A stretch of DNA of 43,016 nt from Nemertoderma westbladi (GCA_032718475.1 JAUCBJ010000957.1:1-43016); one strand, 5' to 3'. Positions 22,578-35,751 are shown, counted from the first letter of the stretch. Numbers and translations: made by a program. The notes: generated by a model not told the origin, from the letters alone.

Positions 22578-23499
22578 TATCAAATCTAATCTTCAATAAA
22601 TATTAATCAATAAATTAAATACAGGTGGCAGTAGTTCTAGGTAAGTCAAGCTCTTCACTAATATAAATTTCATGCGATGTAAATATAATAAATAGATTAT
22701 ATAAGGACGTTCAAAAGTTGCATGTCGCTGTAACGGAATGGGGCAGGTTATAGTGACAGTGACAAGCAAATGGAACCAAAAGAAACCTATCACTACTACA
22801 GTACCAGCAGTACTTACAGTACCAGTACGATTGGAGAGTAAAAAGGTTTAGGTGATTTATTAAATATGTTATTGGCGATTCATTTAAAGACACAGAGTGT
22901 GCTACGTACGATCGCGGTTGTATGGAACTACGACAGTTCCTATGTAGCAAACTTTGCCCGCGTTTGAACTTAAGTAATTAATTACCGGTACCTAATACTT
23001 AAACAAAACTCAAGTTCGTGTAGCTGATTATGAAACTGTAACCTGTAAAGCTAGTCGCTACAGACATTGTCAATAGGTTGCTATGGTATTTTCAAAAAAC
23101 TAAATATTTAACTTCATCATATCAAAAATAGTAATCTTCCATAAATTTTAACTAATCATATCTACAGATATACTATAAGAGCTGTTGCTTTGCTATGGCA
23201 GTTTCCTCCGTTGCATGTTTAAGAGTTTAAGACCCTCTAAAAAATCAGCTCAACCGTTTGGTGAAGTCTACCCAATTTGTTTATAATGTCCGATATCAGT
23301 ACTAAACATCTATATGGGGCTGGGGTAGCTCAGTCGTATAAAAACACTTTACGGGGTCATAGGCTGGAGCCTGTATTACATATAGAAACACCTAGATTTA
23401 TAAACATTGAGGCAGAAAACAACAGTTGGACATTTTTTTACCGACGAAAATACGAAATTAAACATCATGATTATTGAAATATTTCCGTTGCTATGTTAA

Positions 23500-24035
23500 C
23501 CCGAGAGGGTTTTATAAATTGCAGAAATAGATAACAATTCAACCAGTATGTAGGAGTGTGGAACAATTCAACCAGTGTGGATACACTGCGTCGTACCGGT
23601 ACTAGAGTAGACTTTGAATGATACCGACTGAACTCTGAAACTGTAAGCTTGACGAAGAGTATGGTGTGGCATTCAAGGCGATAAATGCTCCGTTAGATGG
23701 AAACCACAACGAGTCTAAACGACAAAACGAAGTTTGGACTTCGTCGTCTTTATTCGAAGTTTATTAGACATCAGTCTTCCATTCCGGGTATATTTGGACT
23801 CAGCGACTTTGTTCTCGGGTTTACTATTACTCCATGTGCCAGTGCCATCTGCCATATTTATGTTCAACCAAGCATTTTTCGCCGCCGTATCGTATTCATC
23901 GTGAAGCCTTCAGGTAGGCCTAGTCGGAATCGTTCATATGAGTAGTCTAGTCTAGTAGTACCGGTACAACGCAGTGCATTCTACTGAAGTACTGGCTAAA
24001 TTGTTATCAATTCTGAAATTTAAAACTCCTTAAAG
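23500..24035. mobile_element. Degenerate MITE with ~90-110-bp inverted arms, possibly TTAA-flanked
   Basis: gataacaatt...cactgcgtcgtaccggtacta (23530-23603) is inverted at tagtaccggtacaacgcagtg...aattgttatc (23956-24008). TTAA at both outer edges. Confidence 0.55.
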
Positions 24036-24825
24036 TTTAAAACTCCTGGCAACGAACGGTACGGCTACGGTAGTTAATTATGTCGTTTACTTTTGAATTT
24101 TCGCTGAAAAAATATAAAAAACTATAGCAAACCATAGTTTCTGCCTCATTTTTGATAAATCTAAGTGTTTCTAGATGTTTCCGCCCTTTATCAAACTCGG
24201 TGATTGTTTGGCTAGTGTCGTTCAAATGTACTACGTACTAATACCCTGTTTCCAGGTGTTTCCAGCCATTTTCCAGGGTTTTCAGCTTTTCAGTACATAC
24301 CAAAGACTACTCTACCATTGAAGGTGCAGCCATATACAGGTATACGCAACAGTTTGACAGTGCTTACCCGTAATATATGCGAGTGAAAACGCAGAATACA
24401 CTACACTGATTAATGACAATCACAAATATAGGCCTACAGCCAGACTGTAAGTAAGTTGAAAGGGTTACTGCTGTACTGGGTTAGGCTATGGTAACGGTAC
24501 CCGGGTACCGCACCATACATACAGCCATACCGGAACGGCTACATTCTGACATTTCAGCCCACAATTTTTATTACCGGTACCGGTCTCAGACCGGTACAGA
24601 AAATAAAACTTTTCAATAGGGCGGTCTGCCTGCCTGCCTGCCGGTACCAATACTGCAATAAAACATTGACTTTAATCATCCACACTTTGCAGCTTTGACA
24701 GTGCACATTCAGACATTGCAGGTGCAGCATTGTCGGGGTCTCGGCCTCGGGGTCAATAAATCCAGAAATCCATAATTTCTTACGACATTAATTAAGTAAT
24801 TCGTGTAATTACGGGTACGGTATGC

Positions 24826-25090
24826 GGCTTTCGCCGTGCCCGTGAGGACCAGCCACAGCCAGTGCTTAAGCGTGTGGTTTGCAGCTTTGGCAGCCTCATG
24901 GAGTTAATAAGCATTTAAGCATGGTGGACAGCCCATGACAGAATTTATTGACTTTCTTGGGAGGGTGGGACGCATCGTAAAGGACACATGAAGAATGCTG
25001 TGCCGGCTTGTCGACAAAATTGCGCCGTCATAACTCCCTATCAGCTATCACCCACACCCATGACATTTGCTAAGATCATCCGCATCTTCA
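24826..25090. mobile_element. Rearranged RTE-like 3' fragments (+ piece followed by - piece)
   Basis: 24826-24987 matches cagcctcatggag...aaggacac. 24992-25090 is the reverse complement of the next downstream segment. Confidence 0.75.
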
Positions 25091-25463
25091 TTGCACAAGG
25101 CTAGTCTGCCAGTCAGCCATTCCAGCGTAACGGTCGTGACATTCCGCATGGGTTTCCGGTATTAATGAGTATGCTAAGGGCACATGGAAGAATGATATTG
25201 AAAAGATATTACTATGATATGATCCTAAGATATGGACCTTTAATAAAATTGAAACCGCTCTGGAATACATTACGTTTTATTGATTTTATTCCGGTTTAAA
25301 GTTGGCGTAACGGTCGTGACTGAAATGGACAATCTTTTTATAGAGACTCCTACACATTATAAATTTCTATCGAATTTACTGTACTTATTTACCGTTACTT
25401 ATGTCAGACTACATGTTAATAGATAGAGTTTCAAATTAAATTAACAGTATGGCAATATAATAT

Positions 25464-25730
25464 CCAGTGGCGGCGTTAGGGCCCCCCGATCGGGGGGGGG
25501 GGGGGGGGGGGGGGGGGCACGCCGGGGCCCCGACCCGCCGGGTCCAGAGCACAGCGGGGCCCCGAGCACGCCGGGGACCCAAGCACAACAGGGCCCCACA
25601 TAGCCAATACTTCAATATGAGCCATGGCAACAGAGCCAGACCAAAGGGGCTGGGTGAGTTAGGTATACTCAGGGGAGCACCCAGGGGGGGTGGGGGGGGG
25701 GGGGGGGTTGGTAGGGGGCTCCAGATATCC
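25464..25730 (+). repeat. GC-rich, poly-G-containing DNA transposon end (hAT-like cagtggcgg start)
   Basis: Abrupt GC rise at cagtggcggcgttagggcccc. G runs at 25492-25517 and 25684-25708. Confidence 0.4.
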
Positions 25731-25806
25731 AAATCCAGATAACACAGAAACAAATCCCGGCTAAGGTCTGAAGGCAGAAGGTGCCCAGCTAAGATCCCAC
25801 CAAACA

Positions 25807-26258
25807 TGGAAGGTATTATGGAAAAGGGTGTTAAGCCACAAAAGTTCAATTTGAGATAATCGATGTTTTCAAGTTTTTGTGCTAGAATGTAGCATTTTCT
25901 CCGAAATATTGATCAAAATGTGGCTTAACACCTTTTGGAAAACTTCATACTTGGCAAAACGTTAAATTGTCAAAAGGTGTCATACTGTAGGCCTACTTGC
26001 AAAAAGATGTCAAGCCATGCACACTATTATTATGTGGATTAAATCTTTTTTGCAATATTATTTGAAGTTTAACACTCTTTGACTAATCACAAATCCGGAT
26101 TGTGGCTTAACTTTCTTGTATTTTTAAGGCATTTCTTCGTATTATTGGGCAATAGGATCTCATAATGAGGTAGATTAAACTTTCCTCTACCGAATGATAC
26201 AAAAAACTCAATTTCATCAAAATGTGGGATATTAACACCCTTTTGCATACCACCATCC
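25807..26258. mobile_element. MITE with imperfect ~30-bp TIRs and internal tgtggcttaac repeats
   Basis: tggaaggtattatggaaaagggtgttaa is an imperfect reverse complement of ttaacacccttttgcataccaccatcca. Confidence 0.6.
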
Positions 26259-26261
26259 ACA

Positions 26262-27403
26262 TTACTCCCCAGTTATCTCAGCCTAGGCTGAGAACACTCC
26301 CCAGTCTTCTCAGCCTAGGCTAAGAACACTCCCCTTAGGCTGAGATAATTGTTTAGTTGTTTCTGACTTATACAATATACATTACATACTCTATACATAG
26401 GATCTAAGTTCGTTTTACCATATACCGGTACATAATATACAGGCAGCAAAATAAAGCATAATACTTTTTAGCAGTAATTTTTTATGTCCGTTCATTTGAC
26501 TTTTTTGTCCACAATTTTTTATGAATTTTGCATAATACTTTTGTTGTCCGCAGAATGACTTTTTATGTATGCATTTCTTCAATTAAGAGAAAGGAGCATG
26601 TTACATAGACGGTCTTTTCTAACCAAAACAATAAACGATAAAATTACCAATTGACAGATTGAAGGAAAGGGGCAGGTTACATAGACGGTCTTTTCTAAGC
26701 AAAACAATAAGCAATAAAATTATCAATTGAGGGAAAGGGGCAGGTTACAGAGGCGAGCTTTTGTAACCAAAACAATAAGCAGTTACAATACAAAATGAGA
26801 AAAAATAGCACGTAACAAAAACGGGCTTTTCTAACAGTTAGAACAAGCTAATTAGGTTGGTTGTATTGTGGTGGTTAGATTAGGTGGGTTGTATTGTGGT
26901 GGTTAGATTATGTTGGTTGTATTGTGGAGGTTAGATTAGGTTGGTTGTATTGTGGTGGTTAGATTAGGTTGGTTGTATTGTGGTGGTTAGATTAGGTTGG
27001 TTGTATTGTGGTGGTTAGATTAGGTTGGTTGTATTGTGGTGGTTAGATTAGGTGGGTTGTATTGTGGTGGTTAGATTATGTTGGTTGTATTGTGGAGGTT
27101 AGATTAGGTTGGTTGTATTGTGGTGGTTAGATTAGGTGGGTTGTATTGTGGTGGTTAGATTAGGCGGGTTGTATTGTGGTGGTTAGATTAGGTTGGAACA
27201 GAAATTAGTTCTAACAGTATTTAATATAATTATTTAACATTGAAAAAAGCAGCATCTGGATTTAACTTAAAGATATAATTATTTGTAGGGTTTTTCGCAA
27301 TTTGGGGAGTCATCTCAGCCTAAGGTGAGTGTGAGGTGAGTAAAACTGGGGAGTGTTAGTCGGCCTAGACTGAGACGACTGAGGAGTGTTCTCAGCCTAG
27401 GCT
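26262..27403 (-). mobile_element. Composite non-autonomous element: repetitive inverted ends, 69-bp satellite units and a 28-bp minisatellite
   Basis: actccccag..tctcagcctaggctgaga blocks at 26262-26346 are inverted at 27303-27403. 26470-26580 is the reverse complement of 10585-10715. 26580-26835 contains inverted 69-bp units. Confidence 0.7.
26851..27196 (+). repeat. 28-bp minisatellite, about 12 copies
   Basis: Unit attaggttggttgtattgtggtggttag. Confidence 0.95.
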
Positions 27404-27482
27404 TATGGCGTCTGATTTGAGCCAAAATACCTTAGAATTATAAATGTGTACCTTACATTTTTCATTAGCTTATATTTATAAG

Positions 27483-27670
27483 CATCGCTTAAAAGTATGG
27501 TATTTTATTTCATTTGAATTTATACATCGCTTAAAAGTAAGCTATGTTTTATGTAGTTGACTTTAATAAATCGCTTAAAAGTAAGATATTTTTTACAAGT
27601 TCTCTTAAAACATCGCTTAAAAGTAAGCTGTGTTTTTTGTATTTGCCGTGAAAATCGCTTATAAGTAAGC
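27483..27670 (+). repeat. Degenerate ~43-bp tandem repeat, 5 copies
   Basis: Core atcgcttaaaagtaag recurs at ~27484, 27526, 27570, 27612 and 27655. Confidence 0.8.
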
Positions 27671-28250
27671 CATGTTTTTGCAATTGCCTTGAAAATCCTC
27701 CTATATTGTATGTTCTTTTTAAATACAAATACGACACAAAATCGCAAATACAAAAATAAAAACAAAAATACAAAATACAAAAAAATTAAAAAATAAATAC
27801 AAAATCGCGTGTTGAAGTTTCGGTCATTAATAAATAAAATAATTTAACTCCGTGTTTTTGATAAAATGCTGTAGGAATGTGAATAATATCAAAATAACCG
27901 TCTGGGCAATATTCATCATTGTTTTATAAAAAGTTATGATACTGTCGGTATACTTTGCGCATGTGGCATGTAGGCCTACTGTGCTTTTTAAATAACTACA
28001 GTATAGTTAGTACATACGTACATTCAAGTAAATCTAGATAACACGAAGTGGGGCCTTCGCGCAGCACGTGACATGAACTTATGTTAATTGTGAACTCGAA
28101 ATAAATATTTGCAAAATGTAAACATGTCCCCTAGTCACAATAACACATAGACGTTGACTGAGTAATTGCAATCGATTTAAGACTTCACAAAAACTCAGTC
28201 TGAGGTCTAGAATATATATAAATGTAATAAGAGGTCTAGAATATATGTAA

Positions 28251-28520
28251 ATGTAAAAGTAAAAAAGCAGGCCTACATTTTCTTCGACTATTAGGCCAGG
28301 GATTACGCACAAAGTCTGGCGACTTATTTCCAGTGCGGTCCCCCAGAACTATACTCCTCAGAGTAAACTTCAGTACTCATTTAAGGATGCAAGGCAGAGA
28401 TGCGCCCTGGCTGGTCCCTTTAAAGCATTCGTACCGAAACGAAAACTGCCCTGGCCCATGCGTGGATTGTACCCACGACCTACTAGAGATGTGAATTCTA
28501 TGCAACCACTACACCAAGGT
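28251..28520 (-). mobile_element. tRNA-derived SINE, copy 1 (more decayed)
   Basis: Minus strand A box tggtgtagtgg, degenerate B box, (ttttac)n tail. Colinear with 28600-28873. Confidence 0.8.
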
Positions 28521-28599
28521 GTGACGTATGTGCCAGGTATCAGGAAAATGATTATAAACAATAATAAGAAAGGGCTGACGTTTTAATTTCACACATAAA

Positions 28600-28873
28600 T
28601 AGTAAAAGTAAAAGTAAATTTTCTTCGGCCACTAGGCCAGGGATTACGCACAAAGTCTGACGAATTATTTCCAGTGCGGTCCCCCCAGAACTTTACTCCC
28701 CAGAGGAAGCTCTAGTACTCATTTAGCTACCACTTAAGGATGCAAGGCAGAGATGCGCCCTGGCTGGTCCCTTTAAAGCCTTCATGCCAAAACGAAAACT
28801 GCCCTGGCCCATGTGAGGATCGAACCCACGACCTACAGGAGATGTGAATTCAATGCAACCACTACACCAAGGT
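28600..28873 (-). mobile_element. tRNA-derived SINE, copy 2
   Basis: A box tggtgtagtgg, B box ggttcgatcc, central ccttgcatccttaagtggtagctaaatgagtac and (ttttac)n tail. A similar tail fragment lies at ~20314-20360. Confidence 0.85.
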
Positions 28874-30366
28874 GGATCCTTTTAATTTCACACATATCTA
28901 AAATGTTTAATTTCAGGACATTTAATGTTTAGACATGTTGGAGACTGATGAACTAACTAGATGGGTTTCTTAAAGTTTTTAAAAAATCTCACCTTTTGGT
29001 CCTGTAATAATGCCAACAAATTTTCAACACGACACAGCGTTAAATCCGACAAAGTTATTAGCATGTCAAATCGTAACGAAGACTACGTCGCGGCGTCAAC
29101 AACTATTTGCCATTATTGTCCCACCCCTAACATTGTCAGTTCACTAAGGCTCCGGCAACGTCGTGGCTCACCCCACAAAGCGCGAGCTGTGTAATCTTAG
29201 CACACAGTACAGCCGGCCGCTGTATTATTTACCTGTACTGTACGTACAGGTCTATAAACATGGATAAATAGGCCAGGTACAGTACCGTGCTATTTATCCA
29301 TAGTGCAGTAGTGCTGCGTTGCACTGACTAACTGCTTCCTGAATACGGGCAAAGGCAAATACGTCCCACATACGGTAGGCTACGGGAACTATTTCAAATA
29401 CGTACACATACAGACATACGGCAAAAAGACAAACCCCATTTTGGGGACGCTGTAAAAAAAAATTGGCGAGGGTTTTGGAACATTTGAAAACAGTTTTATG
29501 AAGCACAATATGTGTGCTACAGCAGTACAGACTCAAAACAAAATAAATGCATTTCTAAATACTTTCCTTTTTCTCCAAAAGGTTTACTTATCTGCTTATG
29601 CTGGGAATGGCTGCAATGTAATACTGTAATATATAATGCAGCTGCAATGCAGCATACCGATCCTAGCACCTAGCAGTCTGGTACAGTTAGACAGTACTGC
29701 AGTAGTACTGTCTGACTGTAGTAGTAGTATCACTTCGCTCTTCTCCGTTCCATTCTTCCTTCATCCTTGATGCTGTGATGTGCCTGCACGGCTACCGACC
29801 AGTGCGGGAATCTGTTGCCGACACGTCCCTCGTGTTGTCAAATGCTGACTCAGATCCCGGGCTCTGGGTGTAGACAGGTAGAGTAGAACTGTAAATAAGT
29901 AGGCCTAAACATTTATTGGTAAATTACTGAATTATGTTCTTGTCTTCAGTTGGTGGTGGATATTGCAGTATTGTTTTGTGCAAAGTTGTAGGCCTATAAG
30001 GTAATGTTTTTAGATTTGAAAATAGAGGAGACTTGAAAGTAAAAAAAAGTATCACTTCGTTCTGTTCTACTGTATATAATGTCTGAATGTATCTATGTAC
30101 TGTACTGTATGTACTGTAATAGGGGCCTACTTACAGACTTCAGTACTTTAATATATACAGAAATAAATAAATAAGCACAATTAGGATAGGCTACATAATT
30201 TAATTAATTCTATAATTGGATACCAAGATACAGAAAGACTAACACTGGCCAACGGATTCAATCTAACTGTCTAATACATAATACAGTAATCAGGTACGGG
30301 TAATACAGTAATTGGTAATACAGTAATAGGCCTCTACTGCAATTCCAACCGGTCCGGGGATTCACG

Positions 30367-32085
30367 ATGACGCCCATATTATCGCTGACAGCAACCAACT
30401 CACTTTACCTAATACTTCTAGTGGTCAGTTCGCTCTCCCAATGTATTGGCGTTGATCCGCTTACTTTCGGACCTTTTTCTAGAACCACGCAGGTTCCCTT
30501 ACAAACTCAGTCTTCCACCTCAAATCCCGAAACAAAACTCGTTCGAAGGACCGTTTTTAAAGACAGAGTTGAAACTATTGCTATACCTTCTGACACACGA
30601 ATACAATTCACAACATTAGTGGAAGATGTCGACATAACAGCTGTTACCTTCATGGGTATCACCCAACACTCCCCCCTCTCAATCGCGTTAGATAACGCCA
30701 GTCCGAGTTACACAAGTAACAATGTTGGAATAACAATCCGATTTACCAGCGCAAACAACCGACGCGCGCGGTGGTTGCTAACCAACGCCAATAACGCCAA
30801 CGTTACTGTAACCTACGTAGTGCATTACATAGGTGAGCGAGACCCAGTACCAGGTGGGTGCAACCACGAGTTCCCTCTAGAGAACGACCCCAACCTCCAT
30901 TTACTCTCCTTTAACAACCTAATCACCGACCTATCCTACCAACCGGCCAATAAGGGCGCCCCCCTCGGCTACACCTATGAATGCGACAACCCGAACGCGC
31001 CTCGCTTCGGATTGGTCTACGAGTTGTACGTGACGCACACGTTGCTAGGTGACCGCGACGCGGGACACTTCCACGACTGCGTCTCGCGACTGTTGGGTCC
31101 CGCGGCGGGCGGCGACTCACAACCCGTGTGGTCCGAGGGCCCCGGAGGTAAACCTCGACGACTACTAACCTCCTCTCGAGGGCTCGGCACGCTCTACAGA
31201 CTGGTAGTGAAGGACCCCGATTACGGAACCGAGTCTGTCTACGCAGTCGGCACTACCTACTCTTGTGACGTCACTGGCGACTGCTCCAAGTACTCACATT
31301 GGACGGTCCAACTACTGATTGTCTGTCTGTCCGTTGTCGGTCTGTTTGTGAGTCTGTTAGGGCACCGTTTCCTGCAAACAACCCTGTTTATATTCGGACT
31401 GCTCTCCTTCGCTTTGGTTTCCGGGGTAGCTATAGGAACCGGTGTTTCATTGGCCGTCTCCGTAACAGTAGTGATTATCTGCGCTCTAATTGGCGGGATT
31501 CTCAACCTGTTACTATGGTGGCGGTTCGGTATTCCGGTAGTTTCTGTCCTCCTTGGTGGGCTCACTGCCGGCTACCTCCTCGGTGCCATTGTTTTCTTCT
31601 CCCCCTTCTACAACCTCCACCCCTGGCGCAACGAGGCCAGTTACGGTCTCGTCTTCACTTGCTTCTGTCTCCTTCCTAACTCCCTTTTTATATTCCGCCC
31701 TCGTATTCTGAATATAATTAGCTGCGCCGCGATTGGCTGTTGCTTAATTACTCTCGCAGTCGATGCATTCCTTCCTACTAACATCGGGTACATCGTGTTG
31801 TTGACCCTTTGGAGACAGACTCGCCCGTTGATTGGTCAGTCGCCGAATGACGTAGTCTGGGTGAACCCCTACCAAATGTACGACATCGTACTGGGCGCTG
31901 CTTGGCTTGTTATCCTGTGTCTCAGCATCACCCTGCAGTGCTACAGGGAAAGACGCAACGATACCTTCCCGGTCTGTCCTTATAGGAAGAGGCAACTAGC
32001 TCGTCTGAGCGCCGACCAATCTCAGCCTAGGGTGCGGGCCCGGCCAGCCAATGAACGCACACCTCTAATAAACCAAATAACCTAA
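30367..32085 (+). CDS. TM7SF3: Transmembrane 7 superfamily member 3 homolog, single-exon CDS
   Basis: 572-aa ORF with signal-peptide-like N-terminus, DPVPGGCNHEFPLENDPNL motif, GHRF, multiple C-terminal hydrophobic helices and an ERTPL tail. Confidence 0.9.
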   Translation: MTPILSLTATNSLYLILLVVSSLSQCIGVDPLTFGPFSRTTQVPLQTQSSTSNPETKLVRRTVFKDRVETIAIPSDTRIQFTTLVEDVDITAVTFMGITQHSPLSIALDNASPSYTSNNVGITIRFTSANNRRARWLLTNANNANVTVTYVVHYIGERDPVPGGCNHEFPLENDPNLHLLSFNNLITDLSYQPANKGAPLGYTYECDNPNAPRFGLVYELYVTHTLLGDRDAGHFHDCVSRLLGPAAGGDSQPVWSEGPGGKPRRLLTSSRGLGTLYRLVVKDPDYGTESVYAVGTTYSCDVTGDCSKYSHWTVQLLIVCLSVVGLFVSLLGHRFLQTTLFIFGLLSFALVSGVAIGTGVSLAVSVTVVIICALIGGILNLLLWWRFGIPVVSVLLGGLTAGYLLGAIVFFSPFYNLHPWRNEASYGLVFTCFCLLPNSLFIFRPRILNIISCAAIGCCLITLAVDAFLPTNIGYIVLLTLWRQTRPLIGQSPNDVVWVNPYQMYDIVLGAAWLVILCLSITLQCYRERRNDTFPVCPYRKRQLARLSADQSQPRVRARPANERTPLINQIT

Positions 32086-33357
32086 TAAACTGTTACAAAT
32101 TCATTCCGTATATTTAAGTTTCTCACGTTTTTCTCACGAGAAATGTGGTACTCATTAACATTGAGACTCACTGACTGCATTGACGAGATCAGCAGTTGAT
32201 AAAACTAATTAATTATCATTAAGTTATTTACTTGTGCTAACCTGCTTGCTAGCCGCGTTAGTCGAGGAATCTCTTCAGTAGCATTTGTTATAGAGAAGTT
32301 GTATGGACTTTTCCCGTCGAGAGTTCTACCATATGACAGCGGTATATTTTACGCTTCATTTTGTATAAATATTATGCTTATTGCTATTGTCCTAATATTT
32401 TTTTGTTTTGTTTTCTTGTAATAGAATGTAATTGCACCCCAATCATACATACTTGACTATCCCATATTGAAATAAAAATAATTTATTATTTGCATACTTA
32501 GTGAAGTTTTTTTTATGTGTGCTATTTAATTTAATTTAATATTAACATTTAGTTATGTGGTCAAAATCTTTCCAAAATTGTAACATTATTTTAGCCTAAC
32601 ATAAAGTACTTCATAACCCATGAGAGCAACAAATCGCGTAACAGTTGTACAATAAGCAGCGTCGACTTTACAGCTATTTTACTATGATATTGAACATCCG
32701 AAATAGCTTAACGGTTGCCGTGCCAACCTCAGCAAAATAATAATATTATTAATTATTATTAACAAATTTAAATACTAGCTAACACCAATTAGCAGATTGC
32801 AAAGATTAAAATGGTTGACTCCGTATTTGACATTTTTTAATTTCTGGTTCTCAGCTTTTACAGGTCGATGATCTATTAATTCCTCTTATAATGTTAGAGA
32901 AATTGAACCAAAAAATTTTGCTTTTTTTCATCAACAAAATTATATGCGTTTTTCATGAGCAGTCGTTTCGTAATGTTACAATTTTGGAATGAATCTAGAG
33001 TACATAACGGTACATACTTCTAAAGTAATTTACAGTGTACTGATCCTCGTGTGTTTATTTGCACTGACTCACTACGTTCGTTCGTGTAAGAAGCCATTCG
33101 GATCTGCACACTGTAAAGTGATACTTACACAGAAGTATGTAAATAGTGATTACTTATATTTATATATATTAATATTAATAATGAAGTTTTCTATTTTTCG
33201 ATATATTTAATGTTTGAACAATGATGAACAAAAATTAAAGCAGACCATACCAGTTCTTTGCGAAGTTCTTCTCTGGGGCGAGCCACGAAGTGAGTGAAGC
33301 CTTAGCATAGGGGGACCATTAACTAGTTGTCTGTGGATTAACTAGTTGTCAGGAAAT

Positions 33358-34005
33358 TGGCATAAGCTCAAAGGATTTATATGCTTGAGCATGTGGTTGA
33401 CTTAAGGCCTGTTTACACGTGGCAACTTTTAGAGCAACTTTCTCGGCAACTTGTAGAGCAACCCAGGTTGCCGATCAAGTTGCTCCGTGTAAACACGTAA
33501 AAAAGTTGCCGTAAAAGTTGCTCAATTAGCGAATTTGGTGTATTAAAGCGGGATAATCAAATTAAATTATCAAATTAAAAACTAGCTAGTAGATAAAATG
33601 ACCCACTATTTTACAGTCAACTAGCCAAGTTGCTAAAGTCTAAAAGTTGCCGGCCAAGTTGCTGGTAAAGTTGCCGCGTGTAAACACCGATTAAATTAAG
33701 TTGCTCCAAAAAAGTTGCTTTAGATGCCGAGAAAGTTGCTCTAAAAGTTGCCACGTGTAAACAGGCCTTTATGCTATCTGTGATCTTGGATCCCGAATTC
33801 AAGTGAAGACCTTCGAATATGTAAGGAGAATGCATGGGCAGCATTGGCTGGACTGTCCAGGTTTTGGAAGTCACATGTGATACGTCAGAAACTTTAAAGT
33901 TCGAATATTTAAGGCAGAAGTAGATCCAGTAGACTTATATGGGAGTCCAACTGCTGAGGATACAAAATCTATGGATGGGACATACATAAAGATTGCTACA
34001 CCGGT
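33358..34005 (+). mobile_element. Old RTE-like fragment interrupted by a Harbinger-type MITE
   Basis: gcataagctcaaagga..tatgcttgagcatgtgg and gaccttcgaata...gcatgggcagc...ctgctgagga match 17830-18105. Confidence 0.75.
33405..33768. mobile_element. PIF/Harbinger-type MITE with ~44-bp perfect TIRs and TTA TSD
   Basis: aggcctgtttacacgtggcaacttttagagcaactttctcggca and its reverse complement form the ends. tta at 33402-33404 and 33769-33771. Confidence 0.88.
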
Positions 34006-34262
34006 ATGATATCATAAGCAAGCACTAGCATAGCAATCTGGCAATAATTTTTTAGAAATTGTTTAATACTGCTGTATTTATTAATAAAATGAACCGTGGA
34101 GATAGTATAAATATTATATATAGACACAAAATAAATAAAATATCGGTAGAACTCAAATTATTCAACAATGGTTGGACCCCCAAATTTTTGTTAATGATAA
34201 TGCACTCACCTCACCAGTTGATTAAAAGTGTCTTTATTTAGGTACATGCCGTCCCAATTTTT

Positions 34263-35004
34263 GTACAAATCGTAATGAGATTGCATGAAATTTGAAACAG
34301 AGATACAGTAGTTTCACCTCCCTCCTCCTTGCTGGGTGAGCCAGAACTTTTATTTTCACTTTCATTCTTTAGCTACAAGAGTTTGAAAAAAGTGTCTCCG
34401 GTGAAATAGCACCAGTTACTCCGCAGTTATTCTTCAACCTTATAGTGATTTGTTGGTACCAATGGAAAGCTGGCGATGTAAGGATTCCAAATATGTATCA
34501 TAATCTGAATTTCGTCTTAAAATAGCTGAGATATCAGCGTTTAAAACTTGCATTCTATTAAATAAATACAACATATTCTGGAATATTTTGTTTATCCCAT
34601 ATGTAGCTTGGCAACAATGCAATACATCTTTAATCATACTATTACATAGCTACCAAGGACTACTATACTACTACTACTAGTAGAGTAGTCCTTGATAGCT
34701 ACTCATGCATTAACAAATTGTTCCAGAATATGTTGTATTTATTTAATAGAATAAAATAGCCTCGCTCAGATGCAAAACCATAAATGTTTTAAACAACCAG
34801 CTTTCCACTAGTACCTAAAAATCACTATAAGGTTGAAGAATATCTGCGGTGTAATTAACTGGTGCGATTTCGCTGGAGACATGTTTTCAAACGCTTGTAG
34901 CTAAAGAATGAAAGCGAAAATAAAAATTCTGGCTCACCCAGCAAGGAGGAGGGAGGTGAAACTATCTCTGTTTCAAATTTCATGCAATCTCATTAAGATT
35001 TGTA
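34263..35004. mobile_element. Foldback element with ~300-350-bp inverted arms
   Basis: aatgagattgcatgaaatttgaaacagagata...ctccttgctgggtgagccagaa is inverted at 34928-34995. A further arm fragment lies at ~36595-36720. Confidence 0.85.
34654..34694. mobile_element. 41-bp micro-MITE with CAAGG...CCTTG termini and perfect 8-bp TSD
   Basis: caaggactact...agtagtccttg. atagctac is duplicated at 34646-34653 and 34695-34702. Confidence 0.8.
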
Positions 35005-35751
35005 GAAGAAAAAAAATTTTTTTTTTGGGGGGGGGGGGGGTGTCACTGAATTACGACACTATATTCCAGCACATTGTGTACACCCATACATTTTATATGA
35101 AATAGTCCTATGGGGGAATTGTTGCAAAAAATATAGAAACCCAATCAGAATAAAATAAATAAAATATTACGGGCCATAACATTCAGCCATTTCCAAGCTC
35201 ATTCCAATCCCAAATAAATCATTGAACATCCTACAGTACCAGTTATTGAAGGTTTATATAGATTAGAAATTGTAAAATTAATGTTTATAAACATACATTT
35301 ATAACAAAAAAACAAGCATTTATATCACGTTTATTTGGCCAAACTTCACAAATACATTCATATAACACTCGCTCAACTAAATCAAAAAATTTTTTTATTC
35401 CTCGAACTAGACTAATAAATACACAACAATCGTTAAAATTCTGTGGTGCAAAGATATGGAATAATCAAAACTCTAAAAAAAAAATCAAAAAGTACACTGG
35501 CTAGAAAATTAAAAATAATTATCTTTAATGAATTATAATAATAAACATTTACTTCACAACCGTAAACTAAGATATCGAAAATAACAAGTTTATTAAATTG
35601 TTTCACTTTAACACCCTTTAAAATAATATTTAATTATTCATTATATTATTAATTATAATTAAAAATAATTATATTAATTACATAAAGTAGGGCAATCTAC
35701 TTTGCAAACGTCAATATTGCTTCAAGACGTACAGTATTACTTCAATATGAT

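Noticed and set aside
24826-25090. Twin-priming inversion of an RTE
   Set aside because: The fragments point toward each other and no tail is at the outer edge, the wrong geometry for twin priming. A later local rearrangement is more likely.
25436-25849. Pro-rich and Gly-rich ORFs
   Set aside because: They arise from poly-G/C tracts in a repeat.
26851-27196. Interstitial telomere
   Set aside because: The unit is a 28-bp minisatellite inside a TIR element, not (TTAGGG)n.
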